Below are positions 1 to 8,742 of a stretch of 64,000 nucleotides of DNA, piece after piece. Position 1 is the stretch's first letter. Each line of letters begins with the position of its first letter. Source of the DNA: a virus (lineage: Duplodnaviria > Caudoviricetes); the IMG/VR virus record IMGVR_UViG_3300037634_005573, positions 1 through 64,000 of that record. One strand, 5' to 3'. The translations under genes were made by a program, and so were the position numbers. The notes under the pieces are model-generated. The model did no database searches and was not told the DNA's origin. It saw only the letters and a program-made list of their open reading frames with translations.

Positions 1-376
1 CGCGTAGGGTCATACCAGACGGCGTTGTGAGGACTTTAATCTTGCCCATCAAAGTTTGCCCTTCCCACCAAAGCTTTGTTACTAGGTGAGAGGAGTTTTT
101 GAGATTAACAACGCTGTCTTCTGGATGGTCCAGTTCGCCAACTGCTCGGCGGTCTTCTACTACTTTGCTGTATTTGTCGATCTCTCTTTTCAATACCTCA
201 AAAGGATATTTACGACCGTTGCCGTTCAGGCGTTCTGCTTCGTGGCATTTACCAACAAGATAGAGTGCTGTGCCTTCGGACATTTCGTTTTTCTCACTTT
301 CCGTAAGCATATCCAGGCACATCCCATCGGGACACAGTTCGTAAAATTCTCTTAATAGTTTTTTGTTGTCTCTCAT
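1..376 (-). CDS. Prohead (capsid maturation) protease, T4 gp21-like; partial, runs off the left edge
   Basis: Not in the ORF track. Manual translation from ATG at 376: MRDNKKLLREFYELCPDGMCLDMLTESEK...HEAERLNGNGRKYPFEVLKREIDKY...RRAVGELDHPEDSVVNLKNSSHLVTKLWWEGQTLMGKIKVLTTPSG. The NGNGRxY and GELDHP motifs are typical of gp21-type proteases. Confidence 0.93.
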   Translation of the reverse strand, partial: MRDNKKLLREFYELCPDGMCLDMLTESEKNEMSEGTALYLVGKCHEAERLNGNGRKYPFEVLKREIDKYSKVVEDRRAVGELDHPEDSVVNLKNSSHLVTKLWWEGQTLMGKIKVLTTPSGMTLR

Positions 377-416
377 AGTTTGTGTTTCCTATATTGGCGG
401 GCGCAACCCGCGTGAG

Positions 417-467
417 TTAAGAGCCGCTACAACAGCGTCGAACTCTTGGAATATTTCTACGTCGCAT
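417..467 (-). CDS. Putative 16-aa Arg/Cys-rich peptide MRRRNIPRVRRCCSGS
   Basis: AAGGAG Shine-Dalgarno at 480-475, 7 nt before the ATG at 467; stop TAA at 417-419; fills the gap upstream of the protease gene. Confidence 0.35.
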   Translation of the reverse strand: MRRRNIPRVRRCCSGS

Positions 468-488
468 TGTTCTTCTCCTTTGTGATTT

Positions 489-908
489 TCACAGTTCTTC
501 TCCCCATTTATCTTCATTCCATTTATATTCAGTGTATGGGATGATGCCAATCTTTCTCGGTGTCTTAACTGGCTTTGCATATTGCTCGGAATAAGATATT
601 AACTTGTCTAATAAGCTGTCCAAAAGTCCTGCTTCTTTAACCGTATCATATAGAAAATCCCCACCACCATCCTGAATCGTTCCCAAGACAAGAACATTTT
701 TCTTGTCCCAGTCCTCATAGTCAGTGGTCCAGTCATAATCTTTTACAGCCTCAACTACTTCTGGATTGTTTCTCAGTTCAGTCTCTTCTACAAAATCGTT
801 AAGCGCTTTACCAAAAACTTTGTAGAGTGGCAAGTATTCTTCCTGCTCCATAACTCTTCCAAGCTCTTCTTTAATGATCTTTTTAAGTTGTGTCTTTGTG
901 ATTTTCAT
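489..908 (-). CDS. Hypothetical protein with MKITK-IIKEE leader
   Basis: Starts MKITKTQLKKIIKEEL; acidic 139-aa protein. Confidence 0.85.
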   Translation of the reverse strand: MKITKTQLKKIIKEELGRVMEQEEYLPLYKVFGKALNDFVEETELRNNPEVVEAVKDYDWTTDYEDWDKKNVLVLGTIQDGGGDFLYDTVKEAGLLDSLLDKLISYSEQYAKPVKTPRKIGIIPYTEYKWNEDKWGEEL

Positions 909-917
909 TTATTTACT

Positions 918-1235
918 TTAGTCTCCTATTAGTTCCACAAGGGCCGCGGCTAACTTTTGCATTAAAAGAAAAGGCTTGCCTGTCATAATATTGCCATCAG
1001 CAGCAGCAGTTTGGAGTTTGCCCAGTATATTTCTCATCACGCCGCGTTCAGCATCAGTAATTCCTGCGGTGCCGGCAGCTTTTCCCTGCTCAATACCAGC
1101 CACGCGAGCTTTTTCTCTACTAAGCTTTTCTTCTTCTTCTTCCGGTTCGGGGACTACCTCTTCTTGGCCGTTGATTTCAAAGAGAGCTAGCTCTTCCTTG
1201 ATAATCTGTTTAAGTTGTTTCTTTGTGATTTTCAT
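918..1235 (-). CDS. Hypothetical protein with MKITK-IIKEE leader
   Basis: Start corrected to ATG at 1235 (ATGA overlap with the upstream stop); MKITKKQLKQIIKEEL, then a Glu-rich stretch. Confidence 0.85.
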   Translation of the reverse strand: MKITKKQLKQIIKEELALFEINGQEEVVPEPEEEEEKLSREKARVAGIEQGKAAGTAGITDAERGVMRNILGKLQTAAADGNIMTGKPFLLMQKLAAALVELIGD

Positions 1236-1567
1236 TTCTTCCTCCGGCGCTTTGATTCGTCCCAACGGCTGCTGGAGGCCCCTTTTTGGGCGCGGCGGAA
1301 AGCTGCGAGATCTCGGTCGCGTTGGCTTTCTCTCTCGGAATAGGAACTCCCTGCCGAGCGGCCGCGTTCACGACGACGTGCTGCGGCTTCTCTTTCCTGC
1401 CGATCAAGCCAAGTACTTTCTGAACTGCGATAGCCTTCGCCCTCGCCATAGCCTTCTTCAAGCTCTTCAGACTCTTCAAGCTCTTCAAGCTCTTCAGACT
1501 CTTCAGACAAAACCGCCTCAATCTCTTCCTTGATAATTCTTTTAAGCTGGCGCTTTGTGATTTTCAT
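1232..1567 (-). CDS. Hypothetical protein with MKITK-IIKEE leader; Glu-rich N half, Arg-rich C half
   Basis: MKITKRQLKRIIKEEIEAVLSEESEELEELEESEELEEG...AAARRRERGR...KRRRKK. Confidence 0.85.
   Translation of the reverse strand: MKITKRQLKRIIKEEIEAVLSEESEELEELEESEELEEGYGEGEGYRSSESTWLDRQEREAAARRRERGRSAGSSYSERESQRDRDLAAFRRAQKGASSSRWDESKRRRKK
1455..1508. repeat. Six tandem 9-nt units (tcttcaagc/tcttcagac) encoding EEL/EES
   Basis: Read directly: tcttcaagc tcttcagac tcttcaagc tcttcaagc tcttcagac tcttcagac. Confidence 0.95.
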
Positions 1568-1878
1568 TTTATTGTTCCTTTATTAATTTTGATGCCTTCA
1601 TCTCCGACGATCATTGATAGTAAATAAGAAGTTCCGGCCCCAACACACCCACAAATAAAAAAGTTTGCTATGGTATAGTCAAAGGTAAATAGTTCTGTCC
1701 ACTTGTTAATGACGAATAAAAACCATCCGGCGTGGAAACCAAAACAGAGAGGACAATGGAATATCTTTCCTAAACCTCTCAGCCATTCTTTGTTTGGTCG
1801 TATGCTATTAAAGATGCTAGCATATACGACAAGGAAAGTCAGGCCGTAACAGGCGAGCGCAAACCATAATAATTCCAT
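1564..1878 (-). CDS. Small membrane protein, DUF1360-like (CPLCxGxxxGW)
   Basis: Three hydrophobic segments and the motif FHCPLCFGFHAGW. Confidence 0.6.
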   Translation of the reverse strand: MELLWFALACYGLTFLVVYASIFNSIRPNKEWLRGLGKIFHCPLCFGFHAGWFLFVINKWTELFTFDYTIANFFICGCVGAGTSYLLSMIVGDEGIKINKGTIK

Positions 1879-1886
1879 TTTAACCT

Positions 1887-2435
1887 CTACTCATATGTGA
1901 ATGACTGATAATAGAAGGAGTTTCCATAGGAGAACTGATTGCCGCCCATCGACCCCTTCTTGGGATCTTGTGGTATTTCGCCAAGTTTGGTGGAGTGCTC
2001 ATCGTCCGGATCCGTCATACCATCGTCAATTATCTCTTCATAATCTTCAACGAACTCAAAGTAGGGTCGTTCTTCCTCAATGAACTTTGAGACGTTAAGA
2101 ATCAAAAGCTTCACTGTGCTATATTTGTCTGAATCAAAATATGTGCCTTCAATGCTTCCATAAACATTTCCGCCTTGGACCGACGCGGGATCGATGAGAC
2201 CGTTTTTCGTAAGAAAATGGAAAAGACGGTTTTGCGCGCCGTAGACATAGTTGGTCATTACATCCTTTGGAAACACAACGACTTTCTTGTTCTTGGGTTT
2301 AATAACGATAACAATGTCGGAATGGTCAAAAATCATAAAATCATCATTTAGATTCTTAGATATTTGAAGTTTTACTATCTGCTTTGGTTCAAGTTTTTCC
2401 GGCGGCTTATTGCCGACCTTAATCGTTATGGCCAT
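1887..2435 (-). CDS. Hypothetical protein (head module)
   Basis: 182-aa ORF in tandem with its neighbours; no recognised motif. Confidence 0.75.
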   Translation of the reverse strand: MAITIKVGNKPPEKLEPKQIVKLQISKNLNDDFMIFDHSDIVIVIKPKNKKVVVFPKDVMTNYVYGAQNRLFHFLTKNGLIDPASVQGGNVYGSIEGTYFDSDKYSTVKLLILNVSKFIEEERPYFEFVEDYEEIIDDGMTDPDDEHSTKLGEIPQDPKKGSMGGNQFSYGNSFYYQSFTYE

Positions 2436-3243
2436 TTTCGTCTAACTCCTTCACAAGTGATTGTAGTTTTAAGACTTTCTCTAACACAGCATCGTTGATT
2501 GGTTCTTTTTTAAAACTTTCAATAAGTTCAACAACGGAGTTTAGTTTTGTTTTGATACCCTGATCTCCGGTTTGATGACTTTCCACAATGGCCCGGATTC
2601 GTCCGATCTCTTCACTAAGGAAAGAAACAAAGCCAATGCCGCCATCGGAGAAGGAAAGGACATATTTTTGAATAAGTTGCTTCTGCTCTCCCAGGAGTTG
2701 ATCGTCGTATTTATTGTTGAAGTTCTTGATTACTGTCTTATAAACCAAATCGTTCATCGGCTTCATAACTTCGTTCTTTTGTTGCGCGGAAGGCTTCATA
2801 AGGGAGACCACCAACTTCTTTTCCAGCAAGACGCGCTCTTTGGCGTTGTGCTCTTGCCCGAAGATTTGAGATATTGTTGCGAGGGTCTTGTAGTTTGGAA
2901 CAAACATATTATAACTGTCGCGACCAATGCTCTTGTTGATCCAGTTGATAAGTTTGGTCTGTTCGTTAAAAATGTCCCTTCTGTCTAGTTTGTTGAAATC
3001 TTGCTTGGACTCCTGGATTAGCCGATGGGCCACATAAGAGTCTGCGCTGTTCAGTTCGTATAGGTTTTTGTATAGCCTCAACTCCTCCGATAGAGGGCGT
3101 CCAGCGCCGAAAAACTCTTTGAGAGTGCCCTTGATGGACTTCGCTAAAACTTCGTCCTTCCTCAACGAGGCCAAAGCATATTGCTTAATAAGAACCTCAT
3201 AAAGAAAAGCGGTATTTCTTTTCTTATTATGTTTCAATCTCAT
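2419..3243 (-). CDS. Hypothetical protein directly downstream of the portal
   Basis: 274-aa helical ORF starting MRLKHNKKRNTAFLYE; overlaps the portal stop. Confidence 0.8.
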   Translation of the reverse strand: MRLKHNKKRNTAFLYEVLIKQYALASLRKDEVLAKSIKGTLKEFFGAGRPLSEELRLYKNLYELNSADSYVAHRLIQESKQDFNKLDRRDIFNEQTKLINWINKSIGRDSYNMFVPNYKTLATISQIFGQEHNAKERVLLEKKLVVSLMKPSAQQKNEVMKPMNDLVYKTVIKNFNNKYDDQLLGEQKQLIQKYVLSFSDGGIGFVSFLSEEIGRIRAIVESHQTGDQGIKTKLNSVVELIESFKKEPINDAVLEKVLKLQSLVKELDENGHND

Positions 3244-5237
3244 TCTTTTTTCTCCAGTGATTCAATAAGTATATTTATTTGCTTTTGAGTATTAAATATT
3301 TGTTTCTCTTCCACAGAGTAATTAGTAGCGGCCGACTCGTAAATATTACCAGTGGCCAAATTGCCCAATTCTTTGCTGCCGAGGTTGGTTGTTCTGGGCG
3401 TGGCCCCTATAGCATCTTTTGAAGTTCTGGACTGGTCTCTCATTTGAAGGAGGTTCTTTCGTTTAGCCTTGTTACGGGGCCGGGGATTCACATCCTTCCA
3501 ATAGGTTTTTCCACCAGGGGCGAGGACTTCTTCCTGTTCTTGTCCGGGGCGATCAGGATGAAGGCGTGTTTCTCCAGTCAGAACTAGGTCGCCGGCGTCT
3601 TCTTGGAGAGCGCCTTCTTCGCCGGGAGTGGCCAATAGAATGTCCTCGGCTCCTTCGGCTCCGGGCTCTTCAGGGATCTCGTCGCCAAGTTCGCCAGCCA
3701 TATCGCCGCCGAGGTCGCCCAGATCACCACCCAGATCACCCAGATCACCACCTAGATCGCCGCCGAGGCCAGCGGACTCTTCTTGCATTTGCTCGGCCAC
3801 TGCGGAAAGTTGAGCGTCGTATTTGCGATCATAGAAGATTTCCCTCTGGTTTCGCAGGAACTCCTCTTCACCAACATTGAATAGATGCTCGGTGATCCAT
3901 CTCCGCGAGAAAAAGCCCTCGGTTGCCTTGCTGGCGACATCAAACTTGGTCGACCAATGCTCCAACTCTTGAAGTTCGGCAATCTTTGACGGGTTGTTCA
4001 GCGCCAATTCAAAGGCCAGCAAGTCTTCGTTGCGGAAACCCAGGGTATAAAGATGGATAATGCCGATCTTCTCTAACTCGGAAATGATGACTCTTTGGAG
4101 TCTCTGGACCGTTCTGGAAAAACGAATGTCCTTTTGGGCTAGCGTGGTCTTATCCTCTGTGGCCGTGTCTGATTGGGTTAGATATGCCGCAGGAATCTTT
4201 AATGCCGAGAACAGCTTGTCGCGCAGATACTTAACATCGTCAATATCGCCGGTGAAAGTGCCGCCGGGTAATGATTGAATCTCGGAGCTTGTACTGCCGC
4301 GGACGGGAATGAAGAAGTCCTCCTCAACAGACAAGGGGTTATAGCGAAGGTCGACGCGGCCAGTCTTATCGTCGACGATAGAGTTTCGCTTCATAGAGGT
4401 CATCACTTTTTGCATATACTGCTCGACCTCGTTGGGCGGGATCGCGCCGACATCAATCTTGAATACGCGGCGTTCTGGGGCGCGGACAACTCGGTAAGCC
4501 ATCATAGCATCTTCCATAAGTTGTAGCTGGCGCCAAATGCGGCGGGCTGGTTCCAAGACTGATGTTCCGTATGGAGCATACTTGTCGTTTCCTAAAATAC
4601 GGAAGTGGGCGATTTGCCAATTCTCCAAAGTAATGCCGGCAGAGTTCCATTGGTATTGGATATAGTTTGCGTTTGTTTTGTCCTCGCCTTCCAGCCTTTC
4701 GATTTCGGCGGTTGGGATTCCGATTGCGTTCATTACGCCTTCGTTCTCGTCGATATCCAGATAAAGGAAGTAATCGCCATACTTACACATCGTTCGACTC
4801 CAGCCGAAGAGGTTGAAGTTGATGTTTAGGATATTGTGGTAAAGGATGTTGAGAACACTTTTGATTTCATCGTTAGAGCATTTGATGTTCAACATCGGTT
4901 GAAGGGCGGAATGAGTCGTCATTTCGTCAGCATAGATATCAAGAGCAGAAGCGATCTCTGGAGTGTATTCCATCTGGTCGAAGTCTACATATCGCTCTGT
5001 GCGGTTATGATTAACCATAAGAGCGTTTTGCATATTGGAGAATGCGTAGTGTTGGGCGCGTTGGAACTGTTGGCCAGAGGCGGAACGGAACTGACTAGAG
5101 TACTTGTCCAACAGAGACCGGCGCAGACGCCTGGTATTCTGTGTGCGATAGTTGACAATCGGACCAGAAAATATCTTAGTCAGTTGTCGGAATAACTGTG
5201 AGCCTGGGTTTTTGGGGTTTTTATCTCTATTAGCCAT
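3240..5237 (-). CDS. Portal protein, T4 gp20-like
   Basis: EIASALDIYADE; LEPARRIWRQLQLMEDAMMAYRVVRAPERRVFKIDVGAIPP; YNPLSVEEDFFIPVRG; DDVKYLRDKLFSALKIP; adjacent to the terminase. Confidence 0.95.
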   Translation of the reverse strand: MANRDKNPKNPGSQLFRQLTKIFSGPIVNYRTQNTRRLRRSLLDKYSSQFRSASGQQFQRAQHYAFSNMQNALMVNHNRTERYVDFDQMEYTPEIASALDIYADEMTTHSALQPMLNIKCSNDEIKSVLNILYHNILNINFNLFGWSRTMCKYGDYFLYLDIDENEGVMNAIGIPTAEIERLEGEDKTNANYIQYQWNSAGITLENWQIAHFRILGNDKYAPYGTSVLEPARRIWRQLQLMEDAMMAYRVVRAPERRVFKIDVGAIPPNEVEQYMQKVMTSMKRNSIVDDKTGRVDLRYNPLSVEEDFFIPVRGSTSSEIQSLPGGTFTGDIDDVKYLRDKLFSALKIPAAYLTQSDTATEDKTTLAQKDIRFSRTVQRLQRVIISELEKIGIIHLYTLGFRNEDLLAFELALNNPSKIAELQELEHWSTKFDVASKATEGFFSRRWITEHLFNVGEEEFLRNQREIFYDRKYDAQLSAVAEQMQEESAGLGGDLGGDLGDLGGDLGDLGGDMAGELGDEIPEEPGAEGAEDILLATPGEEGALQEDAGDLVLTGETRLHPDRPGQEQEEVLAPGGKTYWKDVNPRPRNKAKRKNLLQMRDQSRTSKDAIGATPRTTNLGSKELGNLATGNIYESAATNYSVEEKQIFNTQKQINILIESLEKKE
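3702..3768. repeat. Imperfect (G)GDL coding repeat in the portal C-terminal tail
   Basis: Encodes GLGGDLGGDLGDLGGDLGDLGGD. Confidence 0.85.
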
Positions 5238-5242
5238 TTATT

Positions 5243-6829
5243 CTATCCTTTTAAAAGCCATATGAACTGCTCGGTTTCTTCTTTTCTTTTTAATGTCTCG
5301 TCGGAAAATCCTGACACCTTGTGCCCTTCCATCCCAGCAATGGTGGTTTGGAAGGAGTGGTTCGAGACGAACATTGAATTTACCATTGCGCGTTGATAGT
5401 CCATCTCCTTTTGATTAACTGTTAGTGCTGTGTCTTTTACCCAACAGGCTATAGCGAAGGACATAACTAGATCGTCGTGATAAGAACGCATTGCCTGTGG
5501 TCGATTGTTTTGCCAAATAAAAGTTTTAAACTCGTTGATAATCCTTGATGAATATACCTTAATTAGTTTGTTGCGTATAAACTCTTCCATTTTAGCAACA
5601 ATCAAAGGCCTGGTCTTGCTGGAAGTCGTGAAACCGGCTATGACTTTATCCGTATCATAGGCCTGAACTGGATCGACATATTCGTGAGAGCCTTTGGCCG
5701 AGTAGTAAATGTTAGAATATTCCAGATCTTGGAGTTTCTCCAAAACAGAAATACCCAGGCTGTTGTTTTCTACTACAAGAAGACAAAAGCCGTATTCTTT
5801 GCCGGTATTATATAGTATTCTAGAAAAGTCGCCAAGTGATGGTTTGCCCTGATATTCTCCTATCACTTCCATTGTTTCCAGTTTGAGAATGTGGAACACA
5901 GAGAAATCGGATCCGTCGCCTCTTGCGACGTCGGCTACTAATAGGTAGGAGAAGTTTGGATCGTATTGCTCCCATAGCCACAAGTTTCTATCAAACCCAG
6001 TCTTATATTTGGGAGGCGTTATATTCTCGTGGATCCTTTTGAGATCTTCTGGGTTGATGACCGTATCGCCAGAAGCGTTGAAAGAGCATTCAAGCTCTTG
6101 GGCGATTTGCCTCTGGGACATATTCCTGGTTTCTTTTGCGAACCAGTCCGGACCTCTTTCCGGATGGACACTCCAAGGAAGCATAGTCGGGTGAAAGTCG
6201 TTGGCGCCTTGATCGGCTTCGATATAGACCTTGTGAAACCAGTTGCCGACGCCGTTGGGTGTTGAAAGGGCGATACAGCGACCACCAGTTGATAGGGTAG
6301 GATAAAGGCCGGTCCATAGATCTCCGAGTCCATCGACGTGGGCGGCCTCGTCAATAACCAAGAGAGACAAGGCTTCGGAACGGCCGGCATCACCAGAGGT
6401 GGTGGAAGCCTTCACTTCCGATCCGTTAGTGAGGATGAAAGAGGTTCTGTTGTCGATCTTGATCTTCGCGATTCTCAACCAAGGCGGGAGAGACTGCATG
6501 ATGCTTTTGACTTTCTTGACCAAGTTGGCCGCTGTGCCGAACTTGGTTGCGACAACAAGGACATTCTTGTCGCGATAAAACAACATAAGCCAGACAATAT
6601 AAGCGGCAGTCACAGTTGAAATGCCTAGTTGTCTGGCTTTTAGAATAACGTTGAAACGATAATCGTTGAAGTCTTCTAGGAGGCCTTCTTGATAATCGTA
6701 TAAGTCAAAAGGAATAAGACCTCTCTGCGGGTGAGAGATCCGGCAGTAGCTATTTATAAAGTATACCGGCTCTTTACCGCACTTTACTATTTCCTTGACT
6801 ATCTGCTTTTTAGTAAGCGTCTTGGACAT
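5243..6829 (-). CDS. Terminase large subunit, T4 gp17-like
   Basis: Walker A region ILKARQLGISTV; Walker B LLVIDEAAHV; STPNG; nuclease domain VADVARGDGSDFS and HDDLVMSFAIA. Confidence 0.96.
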   Translation of the reverse strand: MSKTLTKKQIVKEIVKCGKEPVYFINSYCRISHPQRGLIPFDLYDYQEGLLEDFNDYRFNVILKARQLGISTVTAAYIVWLMLFYRDKNVLVVATKFGTAANLVKKVKSIMQSLPPWLRIAKIKIDNRTSFILTNGSEVKASTTSGDAGRSEALSLLVIDEAAHVDGLGDLWTGLYPTLSTGGRCIALSTPNGVGNWFHKVYIEADQGANDFHPTMLPWSVHPERGPDWFAKETRNMSQRQIAQELECSFNASGDTVINPEDLKRIHENITPPKYKTGFDRNLWLWEQYDPNFSYLLVADVARGDGSDFSVFHILKLETMEVIGEYQGKPSLGDFSRILYNTGKEYGFCLLVVENNSLGISVLEKLQDLEYSNIYYSAKGSHEYVDPVQAYDTDKVIAGFTTSSKTRPLIVAKMEEFIRNKLIKVYSSRIINEFKTFIWQNNRPQAMRSYHDDLVMSFAIACWVKDTALTVNQKEMDYQRAMVNSMFVSNHSFQTTIAGMEGHKVSGFSDETLKRKEETEQFIWLLKG

Positions 6830-7362
6830 TAGCCCTTTCTTGTATCGTTAGAAGGACGCTTGGGCTTAGAGGGGAGTTCCAAGTAAGCCTTGAAGCTGGC
6901 CTCGATGCTGTCCTTGCTATCACCAACTATGGGATCGGTGCCGTCCATTCCCGAGATATCGTAGGTTCTGTGTGCGGTCACAAAATAACGAACACGAGAG
7001 GTGTTTTCAGCACAGACATAAACTTCGCCGGCGGGCTTGAGGGTCAGGGCAGAGCCGGTGACCTTCTTATATTCTTTTTTCAGCCAAGAGGCGACGTCTT
7101 GAATAGTCTGTTCCACTTCAGCTTCGAGGTCACTTTTATAAATGTCGGAAAGAGAAATCTCAGACTGGTATTTGATAAACAGTTGATTGCCGCTGAACTG
7201 GACACCGAAACCGTCGATGACGCGGCTGTCCAAAATCGGGTGGCCTTCTTCTCTTTTCAAGCCGATCTTGACCGGCTCCCCATCTTTCGTGGTGGCGCCG
7301 TCGTGGCCCATCTCACTGACTATACTAGATAACGTTCTTACGATTTCAAGTGCTGTTGCCAT
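6829..7362 (-). CDS. Hypothetical protein upstream of the terminase
   Basis: 177-aa ORF abutting the terminase start. Confidence 0.75.
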   Translation of the reverse strand: MATALEIVRTLSSIVSEMGHDGATTKDGEPVKIGLKREEGHPILDSRVIDGFGVQFSGNQLFIKYQSEISLSDIYKSDLEAEVEQTIQDVASWLKKEYKKVTGSALTLKPAGEVYVCAENTSRVRYFVTAHRTYDISGMDGTDPIVGDSKDSIEASFKAYLELPSKPKRPSNDTRKG

Positions 7363-7738
7363 TTGGTCTCCATCCTTTTTTCCATCGATCTTCCCGGCCT
7401 TCCACCCATTTTACATAGCAACCAAAACAACATTCAAACTTATTTATATAAATATCATCTTTTGCTGTTCGGCTAGCTTTGTCGCAAACGGGGCAGGTGG
7501 TAAAGACTCCTTCTCTATTAAGTAGTTTTTCGGTGATCAAAAAACCATCTTCTTTTATTTTACGATCATTATCAAAAAAATCTAGATCCTTTTTAGATAG
7601 TTGTTTTATCTGTTCCAGATATTTTTGTTCTTTTTTGTCATCCCACTTACTCTGTGGGGTCTGGACTGCCTCTTTCCCATACTTCTTTGCTATTGCCTGT
7701 TCTATCTTGGCTATTTTGTCAAAGTCTTTCGCTTTCAT
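7346..7738 (-). CDS. Hypothetical protein with possible Zn-binding Cys motifs
   Basis: CPVC...CCFGC. Confidence 0.75.
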   Translation of the reverse strand: MKAKDFDKIAKIEQAIAKKYGKEAVQTPQSKWDDKKEQKYLEQIKQLSKKDLDFFDNDRKIKEDGFLITEKLLNREGVFTTCPVCDKASRTAKDDIYINKFECCFGCYVKWVEGREDRWKKGWRPNGNST

Positions 7739-8196
7739 CAGTCAACCGCTTGGCTAATCGCAAATACGCCGGCGACCCCTACTGCTATACCAGCGGCAGC
7801 GGAGGCGGCAATGATAAGTGGTAGATTAACTTTTCTATCTTTTTTGATTATTCCTCGTAAAGAGTCTAGTTCTTCGTCGCGGAGCCTCAAACTCTCTTCG
7901 TATCGTATGGTAGATTCTTCCATATGGATTCTCAAAGTATCGTATTGTAAAGTAAACTCTTCTTGTTGTAGTCCCAGTCGCAGATTCAGCCGGCTTTGAT
8001 ATTCTTCTTCTTGAAACTCTTTCCAGGTTAAAAGTTGGGCGGTGGCGACATTATCAAAGCAGGTTGCCTCGAACGGCGCGATTCCGCCTTTGGGCAGTAA
8101 AGTAAATGTTCCAGTATCTTGCGCGTATGCGGCAGGACATAGAAGCAAGGTGAAGCCTAATATTTTTAGTGTTCTACTCCACATATATAAACTCAA
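7738..8196 (-). CDS. Envelope protein: signal peptide, coiled coil, C-terminal TM (spanin-like candidate)
   Basis: KILGFTLLLCPAAYA|QD; coiled-coil middle; C-terminal LIIAASAAAGIAVGVAGVFAI. Confidence 0.5.
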   Translation of the reverse strand: MSLYMWSRTLKILGFTLLLCPAAYAQDTGTFTLLPKGGIAPFEATCFDNVATAQLLTWKEFQEEEYQSRLNLRLGLQQEEFTLQYDTLRIHMEESTIRYEESLRLRDEELDSLRGIIKKDRKVNLPLIIAASAAAGIAVGVAGVFAISQAVD

Positions 8197-8551
8197 ATGC
8201 TTCTTCGATCTGTTCTATTAGAGCAGCGGGGTTTGTGGTTCTTAGCCTGGTGACTTCCTCAACTCTTCTTGATTTTAGTTCTTCTACTTCTTCCTGCGTC
8301 TTTTCGTATTCGCTTAGTAGTCTTTTTATCTTTTCTTCATACTCTTCGACCAGTTCGGCCTTTCTTTCGGTCTCTCTGGCGTGGCTCTCTTTCAGGATCA
8401 CCAACTCGTCTTCATAGCGAGCGGTTGCTATATCCATAGCTTTGATTAGGGAAGAGCGATCATAATACCAAGAAGCCGACACTGTTAAGAGGAGCAATCC
8501 AATTAAGATTTCTTTCCAGTATTTTATTAAAGTAGAAACGAAGGCATTCAC
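8174..8551 (-). CDS. N-terminally anchored coiled-coil protein (i-spanin/Rz-like candidate)
   Basis: YWKEILIGLLLLTVSASWYY followed by a long charged heptad region. Confidence 0.5.
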   Translation of the reverse strand: MNAFVSTLIKYWKEILIGLLLLTVSASWYYDRSSLIKAMDIATARYEDELVILKESHARETERKAELVEEYEEKIKRLLSEYEKTQEEVEELKSRRVEEVTRLRTTNPAALIEQIEEAFEFIYVE

Positions 8552-8742
8552 TAGTTCGCCTTGAGTTTAACAATCGCATCAATAACACTTTGTCCGCCAA
8601 TATATAAAGCCGAGATCATAACCCAGTCTGCGCTGGTTAAAAAGCCTGACGCGGCCAAGCCGGTGGCTGTTGCCCACACAAGCAACTTGCGTGAAACAAT
8701 CTTTTCTAATCCTTTGTCAATTGCTCCTTTTAACATACTCAT
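8551..8742 (-). CDS. Holin-like small membrane protein
   Basis: 63 aa; SRKLLVW followed by two hydrophobic helices; basic C-terminus. Confidence 0.55.
   Translation of the reverse strand: MSMLKGAIDKGLEKIVSRKLLVWATATGLAASGFLTSADWVMISALYIGGQSVIDAIVKLKAN

Noticed and set aside
86-355. Plus-strand 89-aa ORF in the track
   Set aside because: Antisense shadow of the prohead protease gene, which has clear family motifs on the minus strand.
389-580. Minus-strand 63-aa ORF overlapping 489-908 in another frame
   Set aside because: No RBS evident; overlaps a better-supported gene. The AAGGAG-led 417-467 ORF explains the gap better, though this is not proven.
1455-1508. Tandem repeat considered as a CRISPR array or VNTR element
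   Set aside because: 9-nt in-frame coding units with no spacers.
976-1533. 185-aa plus-strand ORF with LQALQT repeats, and 1210-1521 minus-strand ORF with SLK repeats
   Set aside because: Alternative-frame readings of the 9-nt EEL/EES repeat.
6748-6762. T4-type TATAAATA on the sense strand inside the terminase gene
   Set aside because: Coding context (YFINSY), far from any start codon, single occurrence.
6790-6829. Terminase N-terminus (LTKKQIVKEIVK) resembling the MKITK leader
   Set aside because: Fits the usual helix preceding the C..DP.YF-like motif of gp17-type terminases and lacks the IIKEE end; probably coincidental.
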